A DNA stretch of 32,000 nucleotides from Candidatus Heimdallarchaeota archaeon (GTDB lineage Archaea; Asgardarchaeota; Heimdallarchaeia; JABLTI01). The first letter of the stretch is position 1. Each line of letters begins with the position of its first letter. Location of the stretch: NCBI GenBank assembly GCA_030614005.1, contig JAUWKS010000028.1, positions 10,087-42,086 on the forward strand, written 5' to 3'. Made by a program: the position numbers and the translations under genes. Shown in pieces: positions 9,465 to 19,141 of the stretch. The notes beneath the pieces were generated by a model, which had not been told where the DNA came from, searched no databases, and worked only from the letters and a program-made list of their open reading frames with translations.

Positions 9465-10157
9465 TTGAGTGATAAAGAAAAAATAAGTGATGCCTACCAA
9501 AATTTTGCAGAAGGGTTAGAAGAGATTGAAGAAGAAGATAAGGAAAAGCGAAAAGAAGTATTGAAGAAAGGGATAATGGATCTTGAGCAAGAATATCGTG
9601 ATGAAATTAAAGGCACTCATGCAGTTGATGCACGAATAGTTAAACTCCGAAAGGACGCAGATATGCCTGAATTGATTGGTGTTGGAGACCGTGTACAAAA
9701 GAGTCGATTTAAAGACAAAAGCAAATATGAACAGTTTCTTGCCAAGGAAATATTAGAAGTAGGCATAGAGGAAAGTAAAAGTTATGGAGGAATTATGACC
9801 TTCAAAGAATTTTGTCTACGCTTTGTTAAACAAAGACCTAACTGGGAAGCACCTTCTAAGGAAATTAGAAAAGCTTTAGAATATCTCGCTAAAGCAGGAC
9901 TCATTCCCAAATTATATAAAATGAAGACTAAAGACAATCTGATTACGTTTAAACCTGTTGAATTACACGGTGATGTCATAACTGTTCTTAATATTGCATC
10001 AACTACTGGTTCAATAAGCGTTGCAGAAATTGTGGCAATAATCGGATGGAAAAAAGAGCGTGTTGAATTAACGTTAAGAAATTTGTCTGAACAAGAAATG
10101 GCTTATTATGATAAAAAGGAAGATGTCTATTTCTTTCCGAGTTTAAGAAAGAAATAA
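9465..10157 (+). CDS. ESCRT-II Vps22/Vps36-like protein (EAP30 domain, tandem winged helices)
   Basis: GGIMTFKEF, ELHGDVITVLNIASTTGSISVAEIVAIIGWKKERVELTLRNL and VYFFPSL align by eye to human SNF8 (GGLITLEEL; ELNMDHTVVLQLAEKNGYVTVSEIKASLKWETERARQVLEHL; YWLPAL). Confidence 0.85.
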   Translation: MSDKEKISDAYQNFAEGLEEIEEEDKEKRKEVLKKGIMDLEQEYRDEIKGTHAVDARIVKLRKDADMPELIGVGDRVQKSRFKDKSKYEQFLAKEILEVGIEESKSYGGIMTFKEFCLRFVKQRPNWEAPSKEIRKALEYLAKAGLIPKLYKMKTKDNLITFKPVELHGDVITVLNIASTTGSISVAEIVAIIGWKKERVELTLRNLSEQEMAYYDKKEDVYFFPSLRKK

Positions 10158-10248
10158 ACAGTTCATTTTCCTTTCAATTCAATTCTTCAAAAAGAATTAT
10201 AAGTTCTCTCTTTTTGCTTTCGTACAACTATAAATTGGTCGTGAATAA

Positions 10249-11481
10249 TTGAAGAAGATCCTTATTGTTGATTATATAGTCGGAGGAGGATTTGCAGAAG
10301 AAGATCTCCCACTAGATCGTCTTGCAGAAGGTTATGCTATTTTACGAGCATGTGTAGAACATTTTGCTATGCTCGGTTATAAAATTTCTACCTTAATAGA
10401 TCAAAGACTTATGCAACATATCCGAATCTCTCCAATACATGATTTCATTTCTGTTGCTACTTACGAAGATTTTATTACAGGATTACAAACTCTATCTGAT
10501 AAAGTAGATTATTCAATGACTTCTGCACCTGAATCAAAAGGCATTTTGAAAGATCTTTCTTCACTAATGCAAAATTCAAAATCACTTTATCTTGGTAGTA
10601 AACCAGAATCAATTGAAATTGCTGCTGACAAAATAAAAACAATGGAACTTGCTAAGAAACTGGGTTTAAATGTTCCAGCTACCTTTTCCCCTTCGTATAA
10701 CGACTCATTTGAGAAAATTCAGTCTGACGTAGATATCCTTGGATATCCCTTAATTATTAAACCAATTGACGGTAGTGGTTGCAAAGGATTAACTAAAGCA
10801 ACCAATGCAGATGGTCTGCGATTTGGATTACAGTCTGCTCATTCAGTAACTAACATGGAGAACTGTATTGTTCAGGAATTCATCCCAGGAGTGCCTATCA
10901 GTGTGAGCATAATCGCAAAAAATGAGAAAGTATATCCTATTTCAATTAATCGCCAAAAACTTCGATTAGATTCCAAGAACTATACTGGTCACTATCTCGG
11001 TGGTGAAATTCCTTTTAGCATTCCTGAATATAAAGATGAAATTATTAAAACTTCTATAAAATTAGTGAAAGAAATGGGTTTACAAGGGTGTGTAGGTGTA
11101 GACCTTATCGCTGGAGAAGAAGGTGTATTTGTTATCGAAGTAAATCCTCGAATAACTGTGCCCTATATTGCCCTTAAAGAGATAACGTCTCAAAATCTTG
11201 CGCAAATTTTAGTAGATTTAATAGAACACGATAAAGAAGTTCCTGAAATTACCTTTAATGGTTGTGTAACCTTTTCCAAGGTTTCTATTCCATCTTCTGT
11301 TAGCAAAACAGCTCAGTTTGAGCGAGTCACAGGAATTGATGGTGTTCAAGCTCCTCCATTGTCCATTAGTAACAATTCTCAAATTTACTCTTTAATTATG
11401 GGTTTCGGGCCCACTATTGCTCAAGCAAGAAAAGATTTCCAGCGAGTCAAAAATGAAGTTTTAAATAGCTTATCAGGTTAA
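10249..11481 (+). CDS. ATP-grasp ligase, MfnD (tyramine--L-glutamate ligase)/COG1821-like
   Basis: N-terminal ILIVDYIVGGG...EGYAIL, APE, DKIKT, IIKPIDGSG, QEFIPG, GCVGVD and IEVNPRIT. Confidence 0.8.
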   Translation: MKKILIVDYIVGGGFAEEDLPLDRLAEGYAILRACVEHFAMLGYKISTLIDQRLMQHIRISPIHDFISVATYEDFITGLQTLSDKVDYSMTSAPESKGILKDLSSLMQNSKSLYLGSKPESIEIAADKIKTMELAKKLGLNVPATFSPSYNDSFEKIQSDVDILGYPLIIKPIDGSGCKGLTKATNADGLRFGLQSAHSVTNMENCIVQEFIPGVPISVSIIAKNEKVYPISINRQKLRLDSKNYTGHYLGGEIPFSIPEYKDEIIKTSIKLVKEMGLQGCVGVDLIAGEEGVFVIEVNPRITVPYIALKEITSQNLAQILVDLIEHDKEVPEITFNGCVTFSKVSIPSSVSKTAQFERVTGIDGVQAPPLSISNNSQIYSLIMGFGPTIAQARKDFQRVKNEVLNSLSG

Positions 11482-11584
11482 CTTCTTTTTTCCTGAAAAA
11501 TAATTTTATATCTATTTTTTAAAATTAGCTAGAAATAAAATAGGTTAGAGTCTCGAGAGAACTCAAATAATAAAATTAGAAGGT

Positions 11585-11824
11585 TTAGTTGGTACCACTA
11601 CCAACTGCTAACTTCTCGATAACTTGTACTTTGCCGTCTTTAATTTGGACCATAATTCTTGTAACATAACCAGCGATTCTATTTCGCATACGTTTAGATT
11701 GAACGTTTGTAAGTTTATTAACAAGTAATTTGTTATGATCAAAGTCAATTGAGAGGTGCTGGTGATATTTAGCAACTAACTCTTTAGATGTTCTTTTGAT
11801 TTTATCAGATCGAATATTACCCAT
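11585..11824 (-). CDS. rps17e: 30S ribosomal protein S17e
   Basis: MGNIRSDKIKR...DFDHNK...SKRMRNRIAGYVTR. ATG at 11824. Confidence 0.97.
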   Translation of the reverse strand: MGNIRSDKIKRTSKELVAKYHQHLSIDFDHNKLLVNKLTNVQSKRMRNRIAGYVTRIMVQIKDGKVQVIEKLAVGSGTN

Positions 11825-12132
11825 TGGCAATCCTCCGTAATATATTATAAATTGCCTAACTATCCTTTAATAAATCTTATCAACTATCTCTATTTTGAGA
11901 ATATAGTTAATTATAAGGTTCTACACTATTAACCGAGTGGAAAAATAACTTTAAATAATCTTCTTTTTTGTGTAAAGTAATTCCTAGATGATGGTAAACC
12001 TTATGAGGACTTTGTCATCTTAAAGTCTATGAAAAGTTTAAAAATAATGATTGATTTGACCGGTTACGGCTAAATCAAAGAAAGCAAAAATTCGGAAGAA
12101 TAGACTATAGTCAAAAACCTAGGTGAAAGAAA

Positions 12133-13968
12133 TTGAATATTCGTTCAAAGAAATTTATGACATATGCACTTTTAGTTTTAGTGATACCCTTTGTCTCGCT
12201 AATGACATTAAAACAACATGACGTTGCTGCTGAAAGTCCAACTATTAGTATTACTGATGTGACCTCTACTCCTACGTATCGAATTGATGTCACAGTTGAA
12301 ATTACTTTAACTGGGTACAATTATGATTTGTATACCGAAACACTTTACTTGTATCTAAATCAATCTGAAGCAAATATCCTCATTGATCTTGCCGATGATG
12401 AATATACTGGTTATAATTCTTCCAAAACTTTCGGTAGACAAGATGAAGCAACTTTTGAAGCTTCTATTCTTTCGCCAACATTATCTGATGGTTCAGGCGA
12501 AGATTCAGCTAAATATAATGTAACTGTTGTTGCTCTTACAAATACCGACGAACAAAGTGATATTGTTGCATGGAGCGGTGGTTACATTTTCATTGATACT
12601 GAACCTCCTAAGGTTATCTTTGATACCCCAGCAATAGGTTACGAAGAAGTTTGGGGAATTTACCAAATAAAAGCCAATATAACTGACATCTCAAATTTGA
12701 GCCTTGTCCAATTTTTTGTTAATGGTGAAGAACGACATAGAATTGAAAACCCTGATCCAGCACAAATAACATTTACTTGGGATTATGAAAGCTACAAAGA
12801 AGTTGCTGAAGAACCTCTAATTAAGGTTGCAGCTTACGATAATAGTTCAGCAATGAATCTTGAGGATAATACTACAACAGTAAAAGTTGTAGGACCTTCC
12901 TTACAATTAGAACAATCCATTCCAACAATCATCGACTCAAATGAAACTTTGTATTTTAATGCAACAATAACAGATACAAATAACCCTGAAATTGATCTTG
13001 ATTATGTTGGACTCCTATACTCCATAGATGGAGGAGCATGGGTTGAAGTAGCATTCAATAATCTAACAGTAGATGAAGCAACTCAAGGTAAATTCAATTA
13101 TACTCTTAGTCCACAACCTGTGGGAACAATGATTGAATGGAAAATCTATGCAAATAATACTGATGGACAATATCATGAATTCAAGAATGAAACATATCAA
13201 CCATTTGTAGCAAAATCAGTATTTCCAGACCACATCCTACCAACAGGTGAAGTAGAATATGATACAACAGTAACTTATGGCTTAAATGTAACTGTGAAAC
13301 TAAATGTAACAGAGCATAGTGTGGTTAACTTCTGCTATTTAAATTACAGAATTGATATAGAAGATGATTTTGAAGAGCTATTATTAACCAATACTACGAC
13401 AGGCGCAACAAACGATACTTGGTTCTATTTTGAATATAATTTCACAGAAACTTATGACGTATTTACTATTATTGACTTCTATTTCTGGGTAAATGATAGT
13501 GGTAGTAATGAACTCACTCTAGATGATGGAGGAAAATATTACCATATCAAAGTAATGCCAATCGATTTGGTTGCACCTGTGATCAACATCACCGCAGTAC
13601 CAGAAACAATTGTTTCCGGTCAGAATATTACTATAACAGTAACCATTGAAGAATCCAGTATTCTACTCTCGGTTCAAGTATTTTATACTGTTAATGGTGA
13701 ACAACATGTAGTTGATATGACCTACGTGTCTGGAACAACATATTCTGCAAGCTTTGTAGTACATGCAAGCACAGGTGATAAAGTAGAAATCTTTGTGAGA
13801 GCATATGATGAATACTATAATACTGCAGTTTCTGAAGTATACCAGTTCGATATCGAATCCGCAAAACCATCTGGATCACATTCAAACGCTTGGTTATGGT
13901 TAATGCTTATTGCTTTGATTATTATCCCACTAGCAATAACATTCGTATTACTAAAACCACAAAAATAA
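12133..13968 (+). CDS. Cell-surface glycoprotein with multiple Ig-like beta-sandwich domains, an N-terminal signal/TM segment and a C-terminal TM anchor
   Basis: Hydrophobic N-terminus, C-terminal WLWLMLIALIIIPLAITFVLL followed by KPQK, recurrent D-x-x-x-P linkers (DTEPP, DHILP, DLVAP), and about 21 N-x-S/T sequons counted by hand. Confidence 0.85.
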   Translation: MNIRSKKFMTYALLVLVIPFVSLMTLKQHDVAAESPTISITDVTSTPTYRIDVTVEITLTGYNYDLYTETLYLYLNQSEANILIDLADDEYTGYNSSKTFGRQDEATFEASILSPTLSDGSGEDSAKYNVTVVALTNTDEQSDIVAWSGGYIFIDTEPPKVIFDTPAIGYEEVWGIYQIKANITDISNLSLVQFFVNGEERHRIENPDPAQITFTWDYESYKEVAEEPLIKVAAYDNSSAMNLEDNTTTVKVVGPSLQLEQSIPTIIDSNETLYFNATITDTNNPEIDLDYVGLLYSIDGGAWVEVAFNNLTVDEATQGKFNYTLSPQPVGTMIEWKIYANNTDGQYHEFKNETYQPFVAKSVFPDHILPTGEVEYDTTVTYGLNVTVKLNVTEHSVVNFCYLNYRIDIEDDFEELLLTNTTTGATNDTWFYFEYNFTETYDVFTIIDFYFWVNDSGSNELTLDDGGKYYHIKVMPIDLVAPVINITAVPETIVSGQNITITVTIEESSILLSVQVFYTVNGEQHVVDMTYVSGTTYSASFVVHASTGDKVEIFVRAYDEYYNTAVSEVYQFDIESAKPSGSHSNAWLWLMLIALIIIPLAITFVLLKPQK

Positions 13969-13980
13969 TCAAATTATTGA

Positions 13981-14000
13981 TTGAGGGTTTACTCCCTCAA
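13981..14000 (+). terminator. Hairpin downstream of the surface-protein gene
   Basis: TTGAGGG-TTTACT-CCCTCAA, a perfect 7-bp stem followed by a T-rich tract. Confidence 0.45.
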
Positions 14001-14251
14001 AATATCTCTTTTTTCATATCAAGTTTTAATAATTTTCTTAGTTAAATTTCTAAAAAAAATATGATTTATTAAAAGTAATTTTGAATTTTTAATTCCAAAT
14101 TAATTAATTTTTTTGCCTCTCTTGCCTTAGAATAATTTTACTTGTTACTTTAGTAAAATATTTAAGAAATTAAGAAGCAACTATTAATATTTGAAAAGTA
14201 TAAAAATAATTACAATTAAAATTATTCAATTAACAGATATATGTACATTAA

Positions 14252-14746
14252 ATGAGCTCTCCCCAAATGATTCAGAATTTAATTATTATTAAAGATAGTT
14301 TATCAATTTTTAATACAAACTTTGGCAATTGCCATAAATTAGATTCTGATCCTTTATTGCTTTCAGCATTTTTTGATGCGCTCCTCATATTTGCAAATGA
14401 ATTTGAACAAGGAAAATTAGAACAATTAAACTTTAAAGATACAAAAGTAAATTTCTATAGTAAAGATAAACTCCTCTTTTTAACCATTTCAGATTTAGAC
14501 GATAAGCAAGGTGTAATTCAAACTAAATTGAAAAAAATTGCAAAATTCTTCTTAGATGAATATGCAGAAGTTTTAACAAATTATAACGGAGAGATATCTC
14601 AATTTTACGAATTCAAGGATTTATTAATTGAAGAGAAAATTGCCCAAATTAATTGTGGAAAGTATCCTGAATGTTCAAGTTGTCCAAATAGGGATAATGA
14701 TAGTGTTATTCTTACTGAAATGTTGAAAAATGACTCAATTGAATAA
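14252..14746 (+). CDS. Longin-like domain protein with a C-terminal Cys motif
   Basis: Order beta-beta-helix(LLSAFFDALLIFANE)-beta-beta-beta-helix(KLKKIAKFFLDEY)-helix(FYEFKDLL) typical of longin/sigma-adaptin folds. Tail CGKYPECSSC. Confidence 0.7.
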   Translation: MSSPQMIQNLIIIKDSLSIFNTNFGNCHKLDSDPLLLSAFFDALLIFANEFEQGKLEQLNFKDTKVNFYSKDKLLFLTISDLDDKQGVIQTKLKKIAKFFLDEYAEVLTNYNGEISQFYEFKDLLIEEKIAQINCGKYPECSSCPNRDNDSVILTEMLKNDSIE

Positions 14747-14887
14747 GATGATTTAGAAGAGATTTTTACAATATTTTATTCCTTGAAATTTTTTAGTTTT
14801 TGTGTGTCGTGCTGATTCAATAATAATTTAAATTGGAAATTAAATAATGTTCTCAAATATATCAAGAGAAAATTAGGTGAGCTATCT

Positions 14888-15088
14888 ATGCCTGTAATAA
14901 CAGTAGAAGGTTCAATAAAGAGTGTTAACGAAAAAAGGAAATTGGTTGAATTGCTAACAAAAGCAATGAAAGAAGCTTATGGATATCCCGAAGAATTTTC
15001 ACATATAACAGTGATCATTAATGAGAATAGTTCTGAAAACATTGGAACCAATGGTAAGCTTCTGGTTGATATAAGAAAAAGTGAATAG
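14888..15088 (+). CDS. 4-oxalocrotonate tautomerase family protein
   Basis: 66 aa with the catalytic Pro1 (MPVITVEG), KRKLVELLT and an IINE...NIGTNGKL pattern. Confidence 0.9.
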   Translation: MPVITVEGSIKSVNEKRKLVELLTKAMKEAYGYPEEFSHITVIINENSSENIGTNGKLLVDIRKSE

Positions 15089-15094
15089 ATTTCT

Positions 15095-16067
15095 CTATTC
15101 CTCTTTCTTTAAAACATACGCAAGTTTTACCCAATCTTCCTTGAACCCTTTAGCTTTGTAAAGATTGTAAGCAGGACTATTGGACAAATCAACATTCAGA
15201 CTTGCAGTTTTATAGTCATTTTCTACCAATTTATTTAGCATTGTATCTATGAGAAATGAACCAATACTGAGTCTACGATATTTTGGATGTACACCCAATA
15301 TCCAAAGATTGCCATTTTGTGGTCCATGAGATTCTCTAACTACTGAAAAAGCAATCATTTTGTTATCTTCAAATATACCAAATGAGCTCTCATTGATTAA
15401 TTTGAATGAATCATCTATTATTCTATTTTCGAAATAATCTTTGATTTCATCATCAGATAAACTTTGCATCCATTTATCTTCGGTGTCTTTAAGTGTGCTA
15501 TAAAAGCAATTGTAAAAGTCATCATTATTTGCATGCGAAATTGGTTTTATCTGTCGTTTGGTATCTACTTGCAGATGGCGTTGTTGATAATTAACAAGAT
15601 CCATTCTCATATGACAAATTTGTTCTATTAAGTCAAATTTATTCGAATCATATAGTTTCTTGAATAATTGTTCTTCTTCGGAACCTTCTTTGTTAAAAAG
15701 TAATTCAATCCGTGTATTACTCACTTTGATTAAAGTATTCAATTGCATCTTTGAGTAAATGCTTAGCAATATTCTCTTTGTCTTTATTGAGTCCTATAAT
15801 TGGATGACCACCTAATGCAAAAGGATTGAGCTCTAGTTCTGTTTTTGAATGTGCAAATAGCATTAACCATCCAACTAGTTGAGTATCACGTTTTGCTTGA
15901 ATAATTTGAGGTTCAATGGTATATTCAAGATTTTTCAACCAATTAGTAAAATTATCTACTGTATATTGGTTCCCCTTAACATTCCAACTGTCTACTGATA
16001 ATTTGGCTAGCTCTGCTAATTCGATTTCAGCATAATTATTTGTGATGTAAGTTATTTGATTGGCCAT
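15095..16067 (-). pseudogene. Tandem-domain GNAT acetyltransferase interrupted by a 1-nt frameshift near 15717-15719
   Basis: The upstream ORF (16067-15717) has a GGAGTG RBS and ends at YFNQSE*. The downstream frame continues TRIELLF...KKLYDSNKF and includes a full second GNAT (LGVHPKYRRLSIGS, NSPAYNLYKAKGF). Removing one A from GAG TAA TAC ACG gives GAG TAT ACA CGG (E-Y-T-R) and joins the frames. Confidence 0.75.
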
Positions 16068-16381
16068 AATATCACACTCCTTGAAGAGGCAATGAAAATA
16101 GCATAGTCTGCAAAAATATCATGAATGTGTTAAAGGAGAAATAAAACAAAGAACAAATATTGACATTAAGAAAAAACTTGATTAGTTTGATCTTCTGGAT
16201 GCAAATAAAAGTTGATTGTTGTTTTTTCTAGAGTTGTTCAAAATTTCCAAACCATGTCATCTTCTACTTACCTCTTTTTTTCCTCTATTGACAACTTTGA
16301 ATAGCAAAATATGCGATACAAAACAGAGCGTACTACTACTTGCAAAGGATATTTTTGCTCTTGATTGGAAACTAGAAAAAA

Positions 16382-18157
16382 TTAGTGATAGAGAAACATA
16401 AATCTCTCCATATAAAATAAAAACACCTGATTATAATATCCAGGGAAATATAAATCACTTGCGTGACCAGCTAACGGAAAAATTAACAAACACACTTCTG
16501 CATTATCTCGATTTAAATAGGTATTTTCCAATGATCGGGATCGGAAAATAAGGTGATCTTGATCCCCTTGGTAAATCAGGCATGGGGGACTCTGGTTATT
16601 TACCAATAATTCCGGATTTCTCCATTCGGGTTTAGATTGTTGAGCAAAACTCAAGGAGACATTATTTGCTGGATAATACGGAATAATACCTTTGATGGAA
16701 TAGTTCGCACTGAACGTCTCGGTATAATTACCACTGACTATACTGAGTGCTGTTGCACATGCTAATTGACCTCCAGAGGAACCTCCAGATATAAACACTG
16801 AATCGAGATTCGCGCCATACTCCGTATTATGCTCCTCCAAATAGAATGTAAAAACTCCAATATGACGCATCATATCATCCAATGTGAAATTCCCTAAGAC
16901 ATTAGATGGTGTAATAATGGGAATTCCCATACTTTCAGGACCATTATTCAATCCATATTGGATATCAAATACGCAATATCCCTGCGCTGCAAAATAACGA
17001 TTCATGGTGAGTACATTTCCTAACCCCTTATCCCCAATTGTCAAACCGCCCCCATGTATTCTAATCAAAGTTGAACGATTTCCTGGTAGAGAATCAGAAT
17101 CAGTGGGGGGAAGATAAGCGTCAAAATATAACTTTACATTCGCATCCACCGTAAAATTACTCGAAGATCCGTCTAAGTATAACACATCTTTTCTCACAAT
17201 ACAATCATAAATGTGGGGTCCGAGTAAATACCCTCCAATTGAGAAGGGTGTTTGGAGAAATGCATCGGCATAACCCGAATTATCAATAACTGCTTTCCAA
17301 TCCCCAGAAAAGACCGGATTAAAACGGGCGGAAAATGCTTCATCTGCATCTTGGGCAAATTGTGGGGTTAAACCAAGTGGAACGAAGCATAATCCTGAAA
17401 GAACAATCCCTAAGATTACAAAGAAGCTCAGCGGAATTCGTTTTAGTTTTCCACTTATGGAGCGAGTTAATTTGAAAAGGATGAACGTGAAACTGAGGAT
17501 GCCAATTCCAATAAATAGTGCTGCTTGTCCTGCAAATACTCTAAACATAAAGAGCCTAAGCCTTCCTTGGAGGCCGTAGAGCATTGCATAGCATACCAAC
17601 CCCCCCAAGCCTATTTCAAGAATACAAATGATAATTATAACCCATTTCAACCAACTCACTCGTTTCTGGGTTTTGATGCTTCTGTTCCAAACTAAATCTT
17701 CTGGAATGGGAGAAGTCGACAAACAAATATCGTTTTTCGAGATAGCAGGGATAAGCCCTAAGACGGCGCCATAGATCACAATTCCAAAATTTGCTCCATA
17801 CAATAACACACCCAGTCCAAGATTAACTGAAATTACATCATTAAAGCCAATGAAAACAGCAAAAAAAGTAAAGAGCATGGCCAAAATTACTCCTCCAAAA
17901 TAACCATAACATAAGAGATTTAATCGAAATCCTCGTTTCATAGTTGTTCTTAATTGGTGGCTTAGAAAGAACGAATAGAGCATTGTGACAGAAAGATTGC
18001 TAATGATGAAAATTCCAACCATACTTTCGAAAATCGCCGATGATCGTATAATTAAATAAAGAAAATTTGATATCCCTACTATCACATTTAAAACGAAGAT
18101 AATCCATCCGAAAATCTTTATTTTGAATAAAGAATTCAACTCGGCCATATGTAACAT
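16382..18157 (-). CDS. Membrane-anchored alpha/beta hydrolase (HSL-like esterase/lipase) with an N-terminal multi-TM domain
   Basis: IHGGG oxyanion motif, GGSSGG nucleophile elbow, GDQD acid and GHASD His. About 6 hydrophobic segments occupy the first 270 aa. Confidence 0.88.
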   Translation of the reverse strand: MLHMAELNSLFKIKIFGWIIFVLNVIVGISNFLYLIIRSSAIFESMVGIFIISNLSVTMLYSFFLSHQLRTTMKRGFRLNLLCYGYFGGVILAMLFTFFAVFIGFNDVISVNLGLGVLLYGANFGIVIYGAVLGLIPAISKNDICLSTSPIPEDLVWNRSIKTQKRVSWLKWVIIIICILEIGLGGLVCYAMLYGLQGRLRLFMFRVFAGQAALFIGIGILSFTFILFKLTRSISGKLKRIPLSFFVILGIVLSGLCFVPLGLTPQFAQDADEAFSARFNPVFSGDWKAVIDNSGYADAFLQTPFSIGGYLLGPHIYDCIVRKDVLYLDGSSSNFTVDANVKLYFDAYLPPTDSDSLPGNRSTLIRIHGGGLTIGDKGLGNVLTMNRYFAAQGYCVFDIQYGLNNGPESMGIPIITPSNVLGNFTLDDMMRHIGVFTFYLEEHNTEYGANLDSVFISGGSSGGQLACATALSIVSGNYTETFSANYSIKGIIPYYPANNVSLSFAQQSKPEWRNPELLVNNQSPPCLIYQGDQDHLIFRSRSLENTYLNRDNAEVCLLIFPLAGHASDLYFPGYYNQVFLFYMERFMFLYH

Positions 18158-18233
18158 TTGTTTTCTGGATTTTTAATTCTTTGTTATATTCTTTATCGAT
18201 CCATTTAGAATTATACTAGAATTTTATTTCAGA

Positions 18234-18266
18234 AATAAGTGGTGGGCCCACGCGGGTTCGAACCAG
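18234..18266 (-). repeat. Degenerate direct repeat of the tRNA-Ile 3' end (att-like site)
   Basis: AATAAGTGGTGGGCCCACGCGGGTTCGAACCAG versus 19546-19578 AATAAGTGGTGGGCCCACCCGGATTTGAACCAG: 30 of 33 identical by hand alignment. Confidence 0.85.
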
Positions 18267-18363
18267 CAAAACAAGATTAATTGCCTACAAGGGTTCTATC
18301 ACTATTTTGAGGAAAGAGGTTAGGGGGCTTATCTTTAAATAATCTATGGTTGGAGATTAAAGT

Positions 18364-18966
18364 ATGACTTTCGATCCTCAGCAATTCTCAATAAAAAAGC
18401 AATTTGGTTCCGATTGGTTTGTTATCCGCCCAGCAAAAACTTCTGATAGAGAGCTAGTATGGGAAGGATATCAAAATGCTCCAAAAGAATTCTTCAGACA
18501 AATTACCGAAATTACTCGAAAAATGGTTGAATATTGGTATCCTCTAGATCGTGAAATTGATTTTGAACAAGCTTTACCGTTCAATGTTATGCTTCTGAAT
18601 GAGAAAAAGCAAGAAAAGGCATTTGCTGGAAACATGACTTTAGGCTTTACAAAAAACAACCGCTTTTGTCACACAACAACTATGGGAATGGGAGTTCTAC
18701 CAAAATTTCAAGGAAGAGGGATTGGATCCTTTCTTACTGAACTATCAATAAAAATAGCAAGAGCTAAACCTGGGATTGTCCGATTACAATTGCAAGTTTG
18801 TGCAACTAATCCTGCTCGAAAAATCTATACAAAATATAGTTACAAAGAAGAAGGCGTTCTAAGAAAAAATTGGTTGTATTCTGATGGAACTTTAGATGAT
18901 ATGATTACTATGGGTATAATCTTTCCAGAAAAGCTAGAATTGTTAAAGAAAAAGAAAGAGGAGTAG
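18364..18966 (+). CDS. GNAT family N-acetyltransferase
   Basis: MGVLPKFQGRGIGS (acetyl-CoA-binding motif A), LQVCATNPARKIYTKYSYKEEG. GGAG RBS upstream. Confidence 0.9.
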   Translation: MTFDPQQFSIKKQFGSDWFVIRPAKTSDRELVWEGYQNAPKEFFRQITEITRKMVEYWYPLDREIDFEQALPFNVMLLNEKKQEKAFAGNMTLGFTKNNRFCHTTTMGMGVLPKFQGRGIGSFLTELSIKIARAKPGIVRLQLQVCATNPARKIYTKYSYKEEGVLRKNWLYSDGTLDDMITMGIIFPEKLELLKKKKEE

Positions 18967-19141
18967 TGTAAATCATTATCTGTTTTATAATTCTTAGTAG
19001 CTAATAGAAAAACGAAATCATCTCGCAAGCGATTTGCAAAAGCATAAGCTTCTTTTTTATAAATATCTTGAAATCTTTCTATTGGAATTACTATTTTCAT
19101 AAATCAATCAACCTTCCTTATCGGGAGTTTGCTGTTATAGA

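Noticed and set aside
18840-19100. 86 aa minus-strand ORF inside the islet, with an RBS-like AGGTTGA upstream
   Set aside because: Its last ~40 codons overlap the GNAT gene antisense and read as a shadow (SSFFFFNNSS). It may be a truncated remnant, but no product can be supported.
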